From Candidatus Cloacimonadota bacterium (GTDB lineage: Bacteria; Cloacimonadota; Cloacimonadia; Cloacimonadales; TCS61): 64,000 nucleotides of DNA. Location: contig JASUTE010000007.1 of assembly GCA_030445745.1 (NCBI GenBank), forward strand, positions 1,839-65,838, in the 5' to 3' direction. Shown piece after piece: positions 37,629 to 48,181 of the stretch. The notes beneath the pieces are model-generated. The model did not search any database. It worked only from the letters and a program-made list of their open reading frames with translations, and was not told the origin of the DNA. How positions within the stretch are numbered: position 1 is the first letter of the stretch; each line of letters starts with the position of its first letter. Made by a program: the position numbers and the translations under genes.

Positions 37629-39260
37629 ATGTACAATTCAGTTGTTAATATGCCCTTTCCCACCAATGAACCTAACATTATGTACGAAAAAGGGTCAATT
37701 CATCGTAAAAAGATCGAAGAAGCGTTAAAGAAAATTTCCAGTCAACAGGTGGAAATCCCGCTTATAATCGGGGGAAAAGAGATCAAAACAGGTGATATGG
37801 GTAAGATGATAGAACCCCATAAACATGCCAATGTGCTGGGTCAATATCATAAAGCCGGCAAAAAAGAAGTCGAAATGGCTATTCAAGCAGCTTTAAAAGC
37901 TCAGAACGAATGGGAATTGATGAGCTTTGAACAACGTGCTGCTATTTTCTTAAAAGCGGCTGAACTAATCTCGACTAAATACCGTTATGAAATCAATGCA
38001 ATAACCATGTTGAATCAGAGTAAGAATGTATTCCAAGCTGAAATAGATGCTGCTTGCGAACTGATCGACTTTTTGCGTTTTAACGCGTATTTCATGCGTC
38101 AAATTTATGAACAGCAACCCATGCATAATCCTAAAGGGGTCTGGAATTATGTTCAATATCGACCCATCGAAGGCTTTGTGTTTGCTGTAACTCCCTTCAA
38201 CTTTACAGCTATCGGCGGTAATTTGCCTACAGCACCAGCTATGATGGGTAATGTGGTAGTTTGGAAACCTGCATCTACCGCTGTTTATGCTTGTTACAAA
38301 GTTATGCGAATTTTGGAAGAAGCTGGTCTGCCAGCCGGAGTTATTAATTTTGTGCCTGGTTCGGGAGCCAAGGTAGGGGACCCAGCCTTGCAATCACCAG
38401 ATTTAGCTGGAATTCATTTCACCGGTAGTACCGCAACTTTCCAAAATATGTGGAAAACTATTGGAACAAATATTCACAACTACAAAAACTATCCTAGAAT
38501 AGTTGGTGAAACAGGTGGTAAAGACTTTATCGTAGCTCATCCTTCTGCACAGGTAGAACCACTGGTAGCAGCTATTACTCGCGGTGCTTTCGAGTATCAG
38601 GGACAAAAATGTTCGGCTGCCTCGCGTGCTTATATTCCCAAGAGCTTATGGCCTCAATTAAAACCACTTATCGAGCGCGATGTAAAATCGTTGAAAATGG
38701 GGGATGTGCGTGATAATACCAACTTTGTAAATGCTGTTATCGATAAAGCTAGTTTTGAAAACTGCAAAGCTTATTTGCAGCATGCCAAAGATTCCGATGA
38801 TGCAGAAATTCTGCTGGGTGGCGGTGCTGATGACAGTGTAGGCTATTTTGTGGAACCAACAGTAATTTTGGCAAAAGATCCTAAATACAAATCGATGGTA
38901 GAAGAGATATTTGGTCCTATCATCACTATATATATTTACGAAGATGAAAAATATGAAGAAACCTTGAAATTGTGCGATCAGACTTCTATCTATGCACTCA
39001 CTGGTGCCATTTTCTCGCAAGATCGTATGGCAACAAATAAGGCCTTGGAAATATTACGTCATAGTGCCGGGAATTTCTATATTAATGATAAACCAACCGG
39101 TTCTATAGTTGGTCAACAGCCATTTGGCGGTGCTCGTGGTTCTGGAACAGACGACAAAGCTGGTTCATATCAGAACCTGCTGCGCTGGGTAACTACTCGT
39201 TCTATAAAAGAAACATTCAACCCACCTACAGATTATCGTTATCCTTTCTTAGAAGAATAA
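37629..39260 (+). CDS. pruA: L-glutamate gamma-semialdehyde (1-pyrroline-5-carboxylate) dehydrogenase
   Basis: 543 aa. Aldehyde dehydrogenase fold (VGETGGKDF, GQKCSAASR) with the long-type P5CDH N-terminus (FPTNEP...). Confidence 0.85.
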   Translation: MYNSVVNMPFPTNEPNIMYEKGSIHRKKIEEALKKISSQQVEIPLIIGGKEIKTGDMGKMIEPHKHANVLGQYHKAGKKEVEMAIQAALKAQNEWELMSFEQRAAIFLKAAELISTKYRYEINAITMLNQSKNVFQAEIDAACELIDFLRFNAYFMRQIYEQQPMHNPKGVWNYVQYRPIEGFVFAVTPFNFTAIGGNLPTAPAMMGNVVVWKPASTAVYACYKVMRILEEAGLPAGVINFVPGSGAKVGDPALQSPDLAGIHFTGSTATFQNMWKTIGTNIHNYKNYPRIVGETGGKDFIVAHPSAQVEPLVAAITRGAFEYQGQKCSAASRAYIPKSLWPQLKPLIERDVKSLKMGDVRDNTNFVNAVIDKASFENCKAYLQHAKDSDDAEILLGGGADDSVGYFVEPTVILAKDPKYKSMVEEIFGPIITIYIYEDEKYEETLKLCDQTSIYALTGAIFSQDRMATNKALEILRHSAGNFYINDKPTGSIVGQQPFGGARGSGTDDKAGSYQNLLRWVTTRSIKETFNPPTDYRYPFLEE

Positions 39261-39276
39261 ACCAGATAAAAAATTA

Positions 39277-39303
39277 GGGGCTCGTCGATGAGCCCCATTT
39301 TTT
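39277..39303. terminator. Intrinsic terminator between convergent genes
   Basis: ggggctc-gtcgat-gagcccc followed by ATTTTTT. An A-run upstream allows use from the opposite strand. Confidence 0.8.
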
Positions 39304-39312
39304 GTGCTAATT

Positions 39313-40146
39313 TTACATGAATTTATAGGTTAAACCCAAAGCCAGAGTCTGACGAAATTGTCCGGCCTTGTCTTCTTGTTTGTCGTAAATAAGTTGGGCA
39401 TAGAAATTTACCATTATATATTGACTAATGGATACCGTAAAAGTGTTTTCCCAATCTACATCTACAGCTTTCCAGTCATCGTTATTTATCTTGTCTTCTT
39501 CTGAAAAATATAGCGCTTTGTACATACTAAAGCGGGTGTTGTACTGAATGCGGTTTTGTGCAAGAGGAGTTTTGTATTCGGTTACAAATTCCAAGCCACC
39601 ATCGTTGGTATTGCCAATGCTGTCGTGTGAGTTAAGATTCTGTTTAAAAGCAGCACCGAAGCGGCTAGAGAGCTCGGCTTTTTCTTTTTTATACAATATT
39701 TTAGCAGCACCAAAGCTCTCAGTAAGTGTAATAGGGTTAAAATATTTTTCTTCGGATAACGATTGATCGATGAATTGGCTTTCCAGACGAGCGCCTACAA
39801 AGGGGTCTACTATCAAACCCAAAGTAAAGCGTTCGATCGATTCAAAATCGATAAGATCTGTTGATTTTTCTGGTTTTCCCCATTTTCCCGTATCTGCATT
39901 CTGCCGATGGGTTTGGCCAAATGCTAATTTCAAAGTGTTTTTACTATATAAAATCTGAGAGAGTTGCTTTTGAGCTAAAAAATTTGCCTGAAAAGACCAG
40001 GTGACGTTCCCTAGTTCACTTCCTTCCCAATTATCGCTGTAGGCATTTTGATTCAGGGTAAGATTGACATCTGCTTCTGTTTCCCATTCTGCTGCACTTA
40101 AGGTAACAGCAATTGTTAATAAAATTATAATAATAATTTTTTTCAT
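39313..40146 (-). CDS. DUF3078-like outer-membrane beta-barrel protein
   Basis: 277 aa. Signal peptide. NLTLNQNAYSDNWEGSELGNVTW... resembles DUF3078 (from memory). Ends ...GLTYKFM. Confidence 0.5.
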   Translation of the reverse strand: MKKIIIIILLTIAVTLSAAEWETEADVNLTLNQNAYSDNWEGSELGNVTWSFQANFLAQKQLSQILYSKNTLKLAFGQTHRQNADTGKWGKPEKSTDLIDFESIERFTLGLIVDPFVGARLESQFIDQSLSEEKYFNPITLTESFGAAKILYKKEKAELSSRFGAAFKQNLNSHDSIGNTNDGGLEFVTEYKTPLAQNRIQYNTRFSMYKALYFSEEDKINNDDWKAVDVDWENTFTVSISQYIMVNFYAQLIYDKQEDKAGQFRQTLALGLTYKFM

Positions 40147-40147
40147 A

Positions 40148-40852
40148 TTAATTTTCCTGAATCCATATTTTTATCATTTCATACAATATTTCTGCTGTAA
40201 TTCCCCAAATTATTTCACCTTGGAATTTATAAACATAAATATTCTGCAACTTACCTCCCCATGGCTTGTGGTAGCGGCTGGGGATTTGTAGTTTTTGGGT
40301 AGGAAAAGTCGTTATTTTATCACCATTCTTATTGTAATGATAAGGCTTTATTTCCAATTTCACCTTATAAATTTCTGGATCATTTTCCAAGAAAAAGGAT
40401 AATGGAATTTTAAGTATAGATTGTACTTCGGAAAGATTGGGAACGATGGGGTTATGTTCCTCTAACTGCAATTCTCCGATGAACACATCGATAATAGAAC
40501 CGATAGGTGATACTAAGGAATCTAGCTGTCCTAAAACCTCGATTGTATTCTTGGCAATTCCCAGCTCTTCACTGGTTTCGCGAATGGCCGTTTCTTGGGT
40601 GTTGCTATCTTCTGTTTTACTAAAATGCCCGCCAGGAAAACTGATTTCATCACCTTGACGAATATGAGAAGCGCGTTTTTCTAAAATAATATAAAGCTCA
40701 CCATTTTCCCACAGCAGAGGTATAAGAACAGCAGTCTCATGATATTTTACTCTTCCTAAAATACCGGGTTTATCGGGTAAGTTCTTTAAAAATTTCTTTA
40801 ATTTATTCCGCAAATCAACCTCGAGCTTATCTTTTCTACAGCCTGAGTCCAA
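40148..40852 (-). CDS. NUDIX hydrolase (CoA pyrophosphatase-like) with a C-terminal extension
   Basis: 234 aa. Nudix box GGHFSKTEDSNTQETAIRETSEELGI preceded by AVLIPL...LEKRASHIRQGDEISFPGG. Confidence 0.8.
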   Translation of the reverse strand: MDSGCRKDKLEVDLRNKLKKFLKNLPDKPGILGRVKYHETAVLIPLLWENGELYIILEKRASHIRQGDEISFPGGHFSKTEDSNTQETAIRETSEELGIAKNTIEVLGQLDSLVSPIGSIIDVFIGELQLEEHNPIVPNLSEVQSILKIPLSFFLENDPEIYKVKLEIKPYHYNKNGDKITTFPTQKLQIPSRYHKPWGGKLQNIYVYKFQGEIIWGITAEILYEMIKIWIQEN

Positions 40853-40891
40853 TTATATCAAATTCATTGTTTGTCAACAGATAAGTGTGCA

Positions 40892-41053
40892 CTAGTGAAT
40901 CTCGGTATAACAAAATATTCCCGCTCCGTCGGCAATATCTTCTGCCAACCGGCGAGCAGCTAACTTGGCTGTTATACCCTGCTGTCTGGCCAAAAAGCTG
41001 CAGATCACACCTGTTACAGCCGAAAATTTCAGGTCTTCCTGCGAGCATTTCAT
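40892..41053 (-). CDS. Small DUF3791-like ORF (53 aa), possibly truncated
   Basis: Not in the ORF track (under 60 aa). MKCSQEDLKFSAVTGVICSFLARQQGITAKLAARRLAEDIADGAGIFCYTEIH* resembles DUF3791 (..f.v.ciE.yA...gis..ev...l......Y..lH), from memory. No convincing RBS. Confidence 0.3.
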   Translation of the reverse strand: MKCSQEDLKFSAVTGVICSFLARQQGITAKLAARRLAEDIADGAGIFCYTEIH

Positions 41054-41887
41054 ATTAACAAAGTAGGAACACGGTTAAGGCTTCAGCTATTCTGTTTATT
41101 TCCACAGTCAAACTATGCCCTCGCTTTAGATGTATGTGAAAATATTCTCTTTTTTCGCTATCTGTTCAGCCAGCTTTATTGAGTTTGTTAAACACTACTT
41201 TGGCATCTTTTTTTATATCAAATTCCCTTATCTTCAGTTTTTTCTCCTATTTCATTACTAAAAAATCGCGAAAGTTTTCTAAATCACATTTATTTACTAC
41301 AACCTCTACCCCATAATCCTTTTTCATTGTAATCCCTTTTTTACAATTTTGGCATAATTATGCAATAGTTTACTTTTTGCTGTGCTGCATGAGGAATTTG
41401 TAATTCCTCGTTCAGGTTCTGGTGCAATTTATCGTATATCATCTATAAGTTAGGAAATATTATAGATAGTTCAAGCTGAGATCTTGGCATTATTTTTCCT
41501 AACATAGCGATATGCACGCAAGATTTTATTATAGAAGAAAATGCTCAGGAAAACCAAGCTGGCATCACTGTTAGGGTTATCAGAACTAATGTCCAATTTA
41601 GGAATAGTATCACGCTGCTGATTTCAAACATAAGGTTACTGCCCCGAATTATATCCCTCCCATAATGCTTCCCAATCTTTTGCTATCGGAGGTAAGGCCT
41701 GTTTCTATTTTGCTTACTAGTGAAATGCAAAAAAGAATATTCACGCCTGTATTGCAATTTAAGCAAGGAACAAAAGCCAAATTTAACTAGCTCTTTTACA
41801 TTTTGGTAGACAAAATCCGACAAATATTAGTTACAATTGCTTGACTTATTTTTTTATTTTCGGCGAGTTTACCAAAAAGGAGTACCT

Positions 41888-43030
41888 ATGAGATTTTTTT
41901 TGGCAGTTTTAATACTTTTTTGTACGCTAAGCCTGTTCGCTCAGTCCGATTTTGAACAATTTAAATCACAGCAGGAGCAGCAATATCAACAATACGAGGA
42001 GACCGGGAAAAAAGCGCAGGCCAATTATTACAGTCAGCAAGATTCTATGTTCATTCAATACAAAGAAGAGATCGAAAAACTATGGAATGAATTTCTGGAA
42101 TCTACACCCAAAAGCTGGGTGAGTTACAATTCCAATTTTAATGGTCGTAGTCAGGTAGATTTCGAAAAGAGTGAGGTGAAGGTAGAAAGTGTGGTAGATG
42201 AAAAAGAGGTAAAAAGTGAAGAAGAAGCCAAAGAGGTAATTAAAGAGCAGTTAGTTTCTATTCTAAAGGAAAAAGATAAATCCACCCACAAACCGATTCT
42301 AATGAATCAGGTTGCCTCACCAGACGATGATTCTAAACCTATAACACCACCAGAAGTGGAAAAAGCTGCCGAAAAAATAGTGGAAAAAGCCGAAAAAAAG
42401 GTGTTCACAGATAAACAAGGCAACCAGAAAACCAAATATGTTATCACCCTGAACCTGATTCCCAAAAACATACAGGTGCGAGTGGATATGTACAAACCGC
42501 TCATCGAACAATATTGCCAGCAGCACGATATCGAGCCCAAATTGGCAATGGCGATCATTCATACCGAATCATTTTATAACCCCAAAGCTTACAACAGACA
42601 CGGAAATGCTTATGGCATGATGCAAATAGTTCCAGCTTATGCTGGTAAAACTATGAACTATGTGCTTTATAAAAATAAAAGTAAACCTAATTCAAGTCAG
42701 TTATACGATCCCAAAGTAAACTTGAATATGGGGATTGGTTATTTGCGCTGGCTGGCCGATAATAAGTGGGAAAAGATAAAAAATCGTGATAACCAGAGCT
42801 ATTGCATAATATGCAGTTACAATGGCGGGCCTGGTAGTATTTACAAAGCTATGACAGGTAAAATGCGCCGTATAGGCCAAGCTGAATGGGATAGAATGAT
42901 AGATGATTTGAACACGATGGAAACAGACGAGCTTTATAAAAAATTACGCAAAGATATCCCCTGGGCAGAAACTAGAAATTACATAAAACTAGTATGCGAC
43001 AGAATGGAAAAATATTACAAAGATCAGTAG
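41888..43030 (+). CDS. Lytic murein transglycosylase (MltC-like; SLT domain with N-terminal DUF3393-like region)
   Basis: Start preferred at 41888 (AAAAGGAG RBS; MRFFLAVLILFCTLSLFAQ). SLT motifs AIIHTESFYNPKA, YGMMQIVP, YNGGPG. Confidence 0.8.
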   Translation: MRFFLAVLILFCTLSLFAQSDFEQFKSQQEQQYQQYEETGKKAQANYYSQQDSMFIQYKEEIEKLWNEFLESTPKSWVSYNSNFNGRSQVDFEKSEVKVESVVDEKEVKSEEEAKEVIKEQLVSILKEKDKSTHKPILMNQVASPDDDSKPITPPEVEKAAEKIVEKAEKKVFTDKQGNQKTKYVITLNLIPKNIQVRVDMYKPLIEQYCQQHDIEPKLAMAIIHTESFYNPKAYNRHGNAYGMMQIVPAYAGKTMNYVLYKNKSKPNSSQLYDPKVNLNMGIGYLRWLADNKWEKIKNRDNQSYCIICSYNGGPGSIYKAMTGKMRRIGQAEWDRMIDDLNTMETDELYKKLRKDIPWAETRNYIKLVCDRMEKYYKDQ

Positions 43031-43039
43031 GAGAAAGGG

Positions 43040-43555
43040 ATGAAGATGAATCTATTTTGGGGAGTAATATTAATTTTATGGGGAATAACCCTGGTATTAA
43101 AAGCACTTTTCAAGATCGATATTCCCTTTTTTCGTATTTTAATGGCAGCTATTCTCATCTATTTTGGGGTAAAACTGCTAATTTCCGGTTGGGGTGGAAA
43201 AAATGGCAGCAGAACAGCTTTTAATAGTACTCATGTAACAGTTCACAATACTGTTTCGCAGCACGATGTTATCTTTGGCAGTTCCGATATCGATTTGCGT
43301 AACATGGATTTAACTGAAAAAAATGCACGAGCAGAAGTGAATGTTATCTTTGGTTCTGCAAATATTTTGGTTGACCAGCAAACCCCTGTTAAAATTTATC
43401 TGGATACCGTTTTTGGAGATTGCCGTGTGGATGGGAAAAATATTGGTCCATTGGGTAAATCTGTATATACTACGGAAAGTTTTAAAGAAGGAGAATATTA
43501 TTGGGAAGTAGAGCTGGATATTGTTTTTGGCTCTGCTATAATAGTCAATAGATGA
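43040..43555 (+). CDS. LiaF-like (DUF2154-type) cell-wall-stress-associated membrane protein, tentative
   Basis: 171 aa. Two N-terminal TM helices, then repeated (V/I)FG(S/D)xxI strands (VIFGSSDIDL, VIFGSANILV, TVFGDCRVDG, IVFGSAII). Confidence 0.45.
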   Translation: MKMNLFWGVILILWGITLVLKALFKIDIPFFRILMAAILIYFGVKLLISGWGGKNGSRTAFNSTHVTVHNTVSQHDVIFGSSDIDLRNMDLTEKNARAEVNVIFGSANILVDQQTPVKIYLDTVFGDCRVDGKNIGPLGKSVYTTESFKEGEYYWEVELDIVFGSAIIVNR

Positions 43556-44448
43556 ATAAAAAGCTACTAGAATATTTGGAAAAGATATTGCCACTTACCC
43601 AGGCAGCAGGATTTGTATTGGCAGATGAAAAAGAGATTCCTTATGGAGTACAGTTAAAATTCGCGAAAGCCGACAATAAAATCCCGTTAAATATCTATTT
43701 TTCAACAAAAAAAGGCATCAATCCGGTTTTGGGTGGTTCTGCCAAAAATCCACTGCGAGCTCAGTTACAGCAAGTTTTGGTAACCAGAGAATCGGAGTTG
43801 ATTCACAGCTGGCAAATATGGTGTGGCAGCGATGAATCTGGCAAAGGAGATTTTTTCGGACCGCTGGTGGTAGCTGCTTTTGTAGCCCAAAAAGATGAAC
43901 TACCGCAGTTGCTGGCAACTGGGGTGAAAGATTCCAAAAAAATAACCGATAAAAATATAGAGCAAATTGCCAAAAAATTGTACGGTAAATTCAACAATAG
44001 AATCAAAGTATTGGTGCTTAATCCGCTTAAATATAATCAACTTTATAACAAATTCCGCCAACAAGGCAAAAAATTGAATGAGCTTCTGGCCTGGATGCAC
44101 GGCCGCTTGATTGTGGATTTACATAAAGAACACCAATTTGCCGGTGCCGTGGTAGATAAATTTGCTTCCAACCGTAATTTGATGGAAAGTCTGCAAGCTT
44201 TGCAGCAAATAAAAGTGAAAAATGTAGTGCGAGCTGAACAGGACCCAGCTGTGGCAGCAGCTTCGGTTATTGCCCGCTATCATTTCCTGCAAAATATGCA
44301 AATGCTACAAAAAAAATACCAGATGAAACTGCCTAAAGGTGCTACCAATAATGTGATTAATGCTGCTCGCGTATTTTCCCAAAAATATGGCAAAAACCGG
44401 TTGAAGGAAGTTGCAAAAATTAATTTTAAAACAATACAAAAAGTTTAG
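43552..44448 (+). CDS. rnhC: Ribonuclease HIII
   Basis: 298 aa. N-terminal extra domain, then GSDESGKGDFFGPLVVAA (the HIII-type DESGKGD motif). Confidence 0.8.
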   Translation: MNKKLLEYLEKILPLTQAAGFVLADEKEIPYGVQLKFAKADNKIPLNIYFSTKKGINPVLGGSAKNPLRAQLQQVLVTRESELIHSWQIWCGSDESGKGDFFGPLVVAAFVAQKDELPQLLATGVKDSKKITDKNIEQIAKKLYGKFNNRIKVLVLNPLKYNQLYNKFRQQGKKLNELLAWMHGRLIVDLHKEHQFAGAVVDKFASNRNLMESLQALQQIKVKNVVRAEQDPAVAAASVIARYHFLQNMQMLQKKYQMKLPKGATNNVINAARVFSQKYGKNRLKEVAKINFKTIQKV

Positions 44449-44458
44449 GAAGGCAAAT

Positions 44459-44962
44459 ATGTTACATGAATTTGAAGGAAATAAACCCAAAATTGGCAAG
44501 GCAAGCTGGATAGCAGATAGTGCAGATGTTATTGGCGACTGCCGCATAGGTGAAGATTGTTCCATTTGGTTCGGCTGTGTAGTGCGTGGCGATATTAATT
44601 TCATTCAAATTGGCCGTGGTAGCAATGTGCAAGATGGCACAGTGGTGCATGTAGATACAGATTTACCCGTGGAAATTGGTGAAAATGTGACGATTGGGCA
44701 TAAAGCCACCATTCATGGCTGCAAAATTGGCGATGGCTGCTTGATTGGCATGAGTGCGACCATATTGGATGGAGCTGAAATAGGCGCTGGCAGCATAGTA
44801 GCTGCAGGCGCTGTGGTTACACCACATAAAAAATTCCCTCCCCGCAGCATGTTAATGGGTATCCCAGCAAAAGTTGTGAAAAAACTAGATGAAAAGGAAA
44901 CTGCTGAGCTTATAGAACATGCCAAAAACTATGCCAAACTAAAAGATAGATATTTAAAATAA
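44459..44962 (+). CDS. Gamma-carbonic-anhydrase-family / hexapeptide-repeat protein (YrdA/PaaY-like)
   Basis: Start preferred at 44459 (AGGAAGG RBS; MLHEFEGNKPKIG...). SIWFGCVVRGD..., GHKATIHGC... left-handed beta-helix repeats. Confidence 0.85.
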   Translation: MLHEFEGNKPKIGKASWIADSADVIGDCRIGEDCSIWFGCVVRGDINFIQIGRGSNVQDGTVVHVDTDLPVEIGENVTIGHKATIHGCKIGDGCLIGMSATILDGAEIGAGSIVAAGAVVTPHKKFPPRSMLMGIPAKVVKKLDEKETAELIEHAKNYAKLKDRYLK

Positions 44963-45897
44963 TGCTAACAACTGTTTTGGAAAAAATGCCGAATAATTTC
45001 TGGCAACTGCTGGAACAAAATGGCTGGCAACAACATTTCACCAGTAAGGAAGACAAACGAGCTAAAATAGCTATAATTCGCACCTACACCGATTTCGATA
45101 AAGCTAAATTTGCTCATTTTCCCAATCTGAAGCTAATAATTCGAGCAGGAACTGGCTACGATAATATCGATTTAACTGAAGCTAAGAAGCGTGCTGTAAC
45201 TGTTTGTAATACTCCAAATGCTAATGCCATTTCGGCAGCAGAACATACCCTGGCATTTATAGCAGCTATGCTGAAACAGCAGCAACCAGGTAAACAGATA
45301 ATTCAGAATAAAAAATGGCGGGAAACAGCACAAAATTGCTGGGAATTTGCCGAGTTAAAAGTTTTGATTATCGGTTTGGGACGGGTGGGAAGCCGCACAG
45401 CTAAGCTACTGCAATCGTTAGGTGCGCAGGTAAAAGCATACGATCCCTATTTAAATAAGGCACAATTTGAAAAAAAACAGGTTACTAGTACGGAATTAGA
45501 ATTTGGGCTTGGCTGGTGTAATTTGCTTAGTTTTCATACTCCGCTTACCAGCCAAACTTATCACTATTTTTCAGCCAAATTGCTGCAAATGTTGCAATGT
45601 CCATTTTGGCTGGTTAATACTTCTCGCGGCTCTGTAGTAGATATTGCTGCTATTAAGCTAGCGCTAGAGCAGAACAAACTTTTAGGTGCAGCTCTGGATG
45701 TATTTCCCAAAGAACCTTTTAATATGCCAGATTTTATGCGAGCTGATAAGATTTATCTTACACCTCACCTGGGAGCTTTTACCAAAAATGCAAAAGAGCG
45801 AATGGCAGAGGAAACTCTGCAGGTTTGGCAGAAATTTGTTTTTGAAAATAAAATAATCTCGGAAGTTGACCCTCGTTTTACCTTCCGAAAAAAATAA
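44962..45897 (+). CDS. D-isomer-specific 2-hydroxyacid dehydrogenase family protein
   Basis: 311 aa. IIGLGRVGSRTAKLLQSLGAQVKAYDP NAD-binding motif. ...NTSRGSVVD..., ...TPHLGA. TAATG overlap with the upstream gene. Confidence 0.8.
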   Translation: MLTTVLEKMPNNFWQLLEQNGWQQHFTSKEDKRAKIAIIRTYTDFDKAKFAHFPNLKLIIRAGTGYDNIDLTEAKKRAVTVCNTPNANAISAAEHTLAFIAAMLKQQQPGKQIIQNKKWRETAQNCWEFAELKVLIIGLGRVGSRTAKLLQSLGAQVKAYDPYLNKAQFEKKQVTSTELEFGLGWCNLLSFHTPLTSQTYHYFSAKLLQMLQCPFWLVNTSRGSVVDIAAIKLALEQNKLLGAALDVFPKEPFNMPDFMRADKIYLTPHLGAFTKNAKERMAEETLQVWQKFVFENKIISEVDPRFTFRKK

Positions 45898-45965
45898 TCT
45901 ATACAGTTAAAATACCGTCAATAAAAGCCATACTAAACATACAAAACCTCCCGGAATAATAAAAC

Positions 45966-45995
45966 TTGACAGAAGCGATAAAATCTTGCTAATTA
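45966..45995 (+). promoter_or_regulatory. Candidate sigma-70-type promoter of nrdDG (TTGACA-18 nt-TAATTA)
   Basis: cTTGACAgaagcgataaaatcttgcTAATTA, about 95 nt upstream of the nrdD ATG. Confidence 0.4.
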
Positions 45996-46087
45996 ACAAG
46001 CTAGCTAATCTATATCAAAACAGAGGTTTATGGGTTTTAAAATTGTAATATATTGGAAATTAAGAAATTAGCGCTTGAGGAGCTTTA

Positions 46088-48181
46088 ATGTTCAAATTTA
46101 TTAAAAAAAGAGATAATCAAGTACTACCATTTGAAACCGAGAAAATAGCTGCAGCTATTGCCAAAGCGGGTAAAGCGACTGGCGAATTTGACGATAATAA
46201 AGCTAAGAAATTAACTGTATCTGTGTTGAATTTAGCCCAGCAATTGGTGCAAGATAATGTGCCTACAGTAGAACAAATTCAAGATTGTGTAGAAGAAGTG
46301 TTGATTTCTTCACCCTATAAAAAAACAGCAAAAGCTTACATTATCTATCGCGACCAACATGCTAAAATCCGCGAAATTGTTTCCAATGCCGAGATCGATT
46401 TAATTGATAAATATTTGGAAAAACTGGACTGGCAGGTAAAAGAAAATAGCAATATGGCCTATTCTTTGCAAGGTTTGAACAATTATATCGCTTCTGAAGT
46501 GAGTAAAATATACTGGCTAAACAAGATCTATCCGCCCGAGATAAAAAAATTGCATACGAATGGCGATTTTCATATTCACGATTTAGGCTTGCTCTCTGTT
46601 TATTGTGTAGGCTGGGATTTAAAAGATCTGCTGATGATCGGGTTTAAAGGAGCTCCCGGTAAAATTGAAAGTTCTCCTGCTAAACATTTCAGAGCCGCCT
46701 TAGGACAAATAGTGAATTTTTTCTACACATTGCAAGGTGAAGCAGCTGGAGCTCAAGCTTTTTCCAATTTCGATACCCTGTTGGCACCGTTTATTCGTTA
46801 TGATAATTTAAAATATGCAGAAGTGAAGCAAGCAATCCAAGAATTTATTTTTAACGTGAATGTGCCTACCCGGGTAGGTTTCCAAACTCCTTTCACCAAT
46901 GTAACCATGGATTTAGTTGTACCGGAAATGTATCAAGATCATCCAGTGATAATCGGTGGCCAGTTGCAAGCGGAAACTTATAGCGACTACCAGGAAGAGA
47001 TGAATATTTTCAATAAAGCATTTTTGGAAGTGATGTGCGAGGGTGACGCCAAAGGCCGCGTTTTCACTTTCCCCATTCCAACCTACAACATTACTCGTAA
47101 TTTCGATTGGGATAATCCAACTTTGGAATATTTGTGGGAAGCTACTGCAAAATATGGAATTCCTTATTTTTCCAACTTCGTAAATTCCGATCTTGATCCT
47201 AATGATGCTCGCTCGATGTGCTGTAGGTTGCGCCTGGATACACGTAAATTGGAAGCACGTGGAGGAGGACTTTTCGGAGCTAATCCGCTTACCGGCTCAA
47301 TTGGAGTAGTTACCATAAATATGCCGCGCCTGGCCTATACTTCCCAAAATATAACTGAATTTTTCCAAAATCTTACAATTTTGATGGAGCAAGCTAAAAA
47401 CAGCTTGGAAATTAAGCGCAAAGTGCTGGAAAATCTCACTAGTAACAATTTGTATCCCTATACCAAATATTATTTACGAGATATAAAAAAGCGTTTCGAC
47501 CAGTATTGGAAAAATCATTTTTCCACAATCGGGCTTATCGGTGTTAATGAAGCTTGCCTAAACTTAATAGGAGAAAATGTAGGCATCGAAAAGGGCCAGA
47601 AATTTGCCGTTAAAATCATGGATTTCATGCGGGAAAAATTGATTGATTTCCAAGGGGAAACTGGTAATAATTATAATTTGGAAGCAACTCCTGCCGAAAG
47701 TACTACCTATCGTTTAGCACGTTTAGATAAAGCCAAATATCCCGAGATAATTGTGGCCAATGAAGAGGAATATCAGAAAGGTGCAGAACCTTTTTATACA
47801 AATTCCACCCAACTACCGGTAAATTTCTCGGAAGATATCTTTGAAACCCTGGAGCTACAAGACGATATCCAAACAAAATACACTGGCGGCACCGTGCTGC
47901 ATTTATATGCTGGCGAACGAGTCCAAAATACCGAAACTATTAAAAATCTGGTAAATAAAGTATGTAGCAATTTCAAACTTCCCTATTTCACTTTTTCACC
48001 TACGTTTAGCATCTGCAAAGAGCACGGCTACCTGAATGGTGAACACGAAGAGTGTCCTTATTGTGGCAAAGCCTGTGAAGTGTATGCACGAGTAGTGGGA
48101 TATTTAAGACCGGTGCAGCAGTGGAATGATGGCAAAAAAGCAGAATTTAAAATGAGGAAAAATTTTAAGGTGGTAGATTAA
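46088..48181 (+). CDS. nrdD: Anaerobic ribonucleoside-triphosphate reductase (class III)
   Basis: 697 aa. N-terminal ATP-cone. C-terminal zinc site CPYCGKAC and glycyl-radical motif RVVGYLRP. Confidence 0.95.
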   Translation: MFKFIKKRDNQVLPFETEKIAAAIAKAGKATGEFDDNKAKKLTVSVLNLAQQLVQDNVPTVEQIQDCVEEVLISSPYKKTAKAYIIYRDQHAKIREIVSNAEIDLIDKYLEKLDWQVKENSNMAYSLQGLNNYIASEVSKIYWLNKIYPPEIKKLHTNGDFHIHDLGLLSVYCVGWDLKDLLMIGFKGAPGKIESSPAKHFRAALGQIVNFFYTLQGEAAGAQAFSNFDTLLAPFIRYDNLKYAEVKQAIQEFIFNVNVPTRVGFQTPFTNVTMDLVVPEMYQDHPVIIGGQLQAETYSDYQEEMNIFNKAFLEVMCEGDAKGRVFTFPIPTYNITRNFDWDNPTLEYLWEATAKYGIPYFSNFVNSDLDPNDARSMCCRLRLDTRKLEARGGGLFGANPLTGSIGVVTINMPRLAYTSQNITEFFQNLTILMEQAKNSLEIKRKVLENLTSNNLYPYTKYYLRDIKKRFDQYWKNHFSTIGLIGVNEACLNLIGENVGIEKGQKFAVKIMDFMREKLIDFQGETGNNYNLEATPAESTTYRLARLDKAKYPEIIVANEEEYQKGAEPFYTNSTQLPVNFSEDIFETLELQDDIQTKYTGGTVLHLYAGERVQNTETIKNLVNKVCSNFKLPYFTFSPTFSICKEHGYLNGEHEECPYCGKACEVYARVVGYLRPVQQWNDGKKAEFKMRKNFKVVD

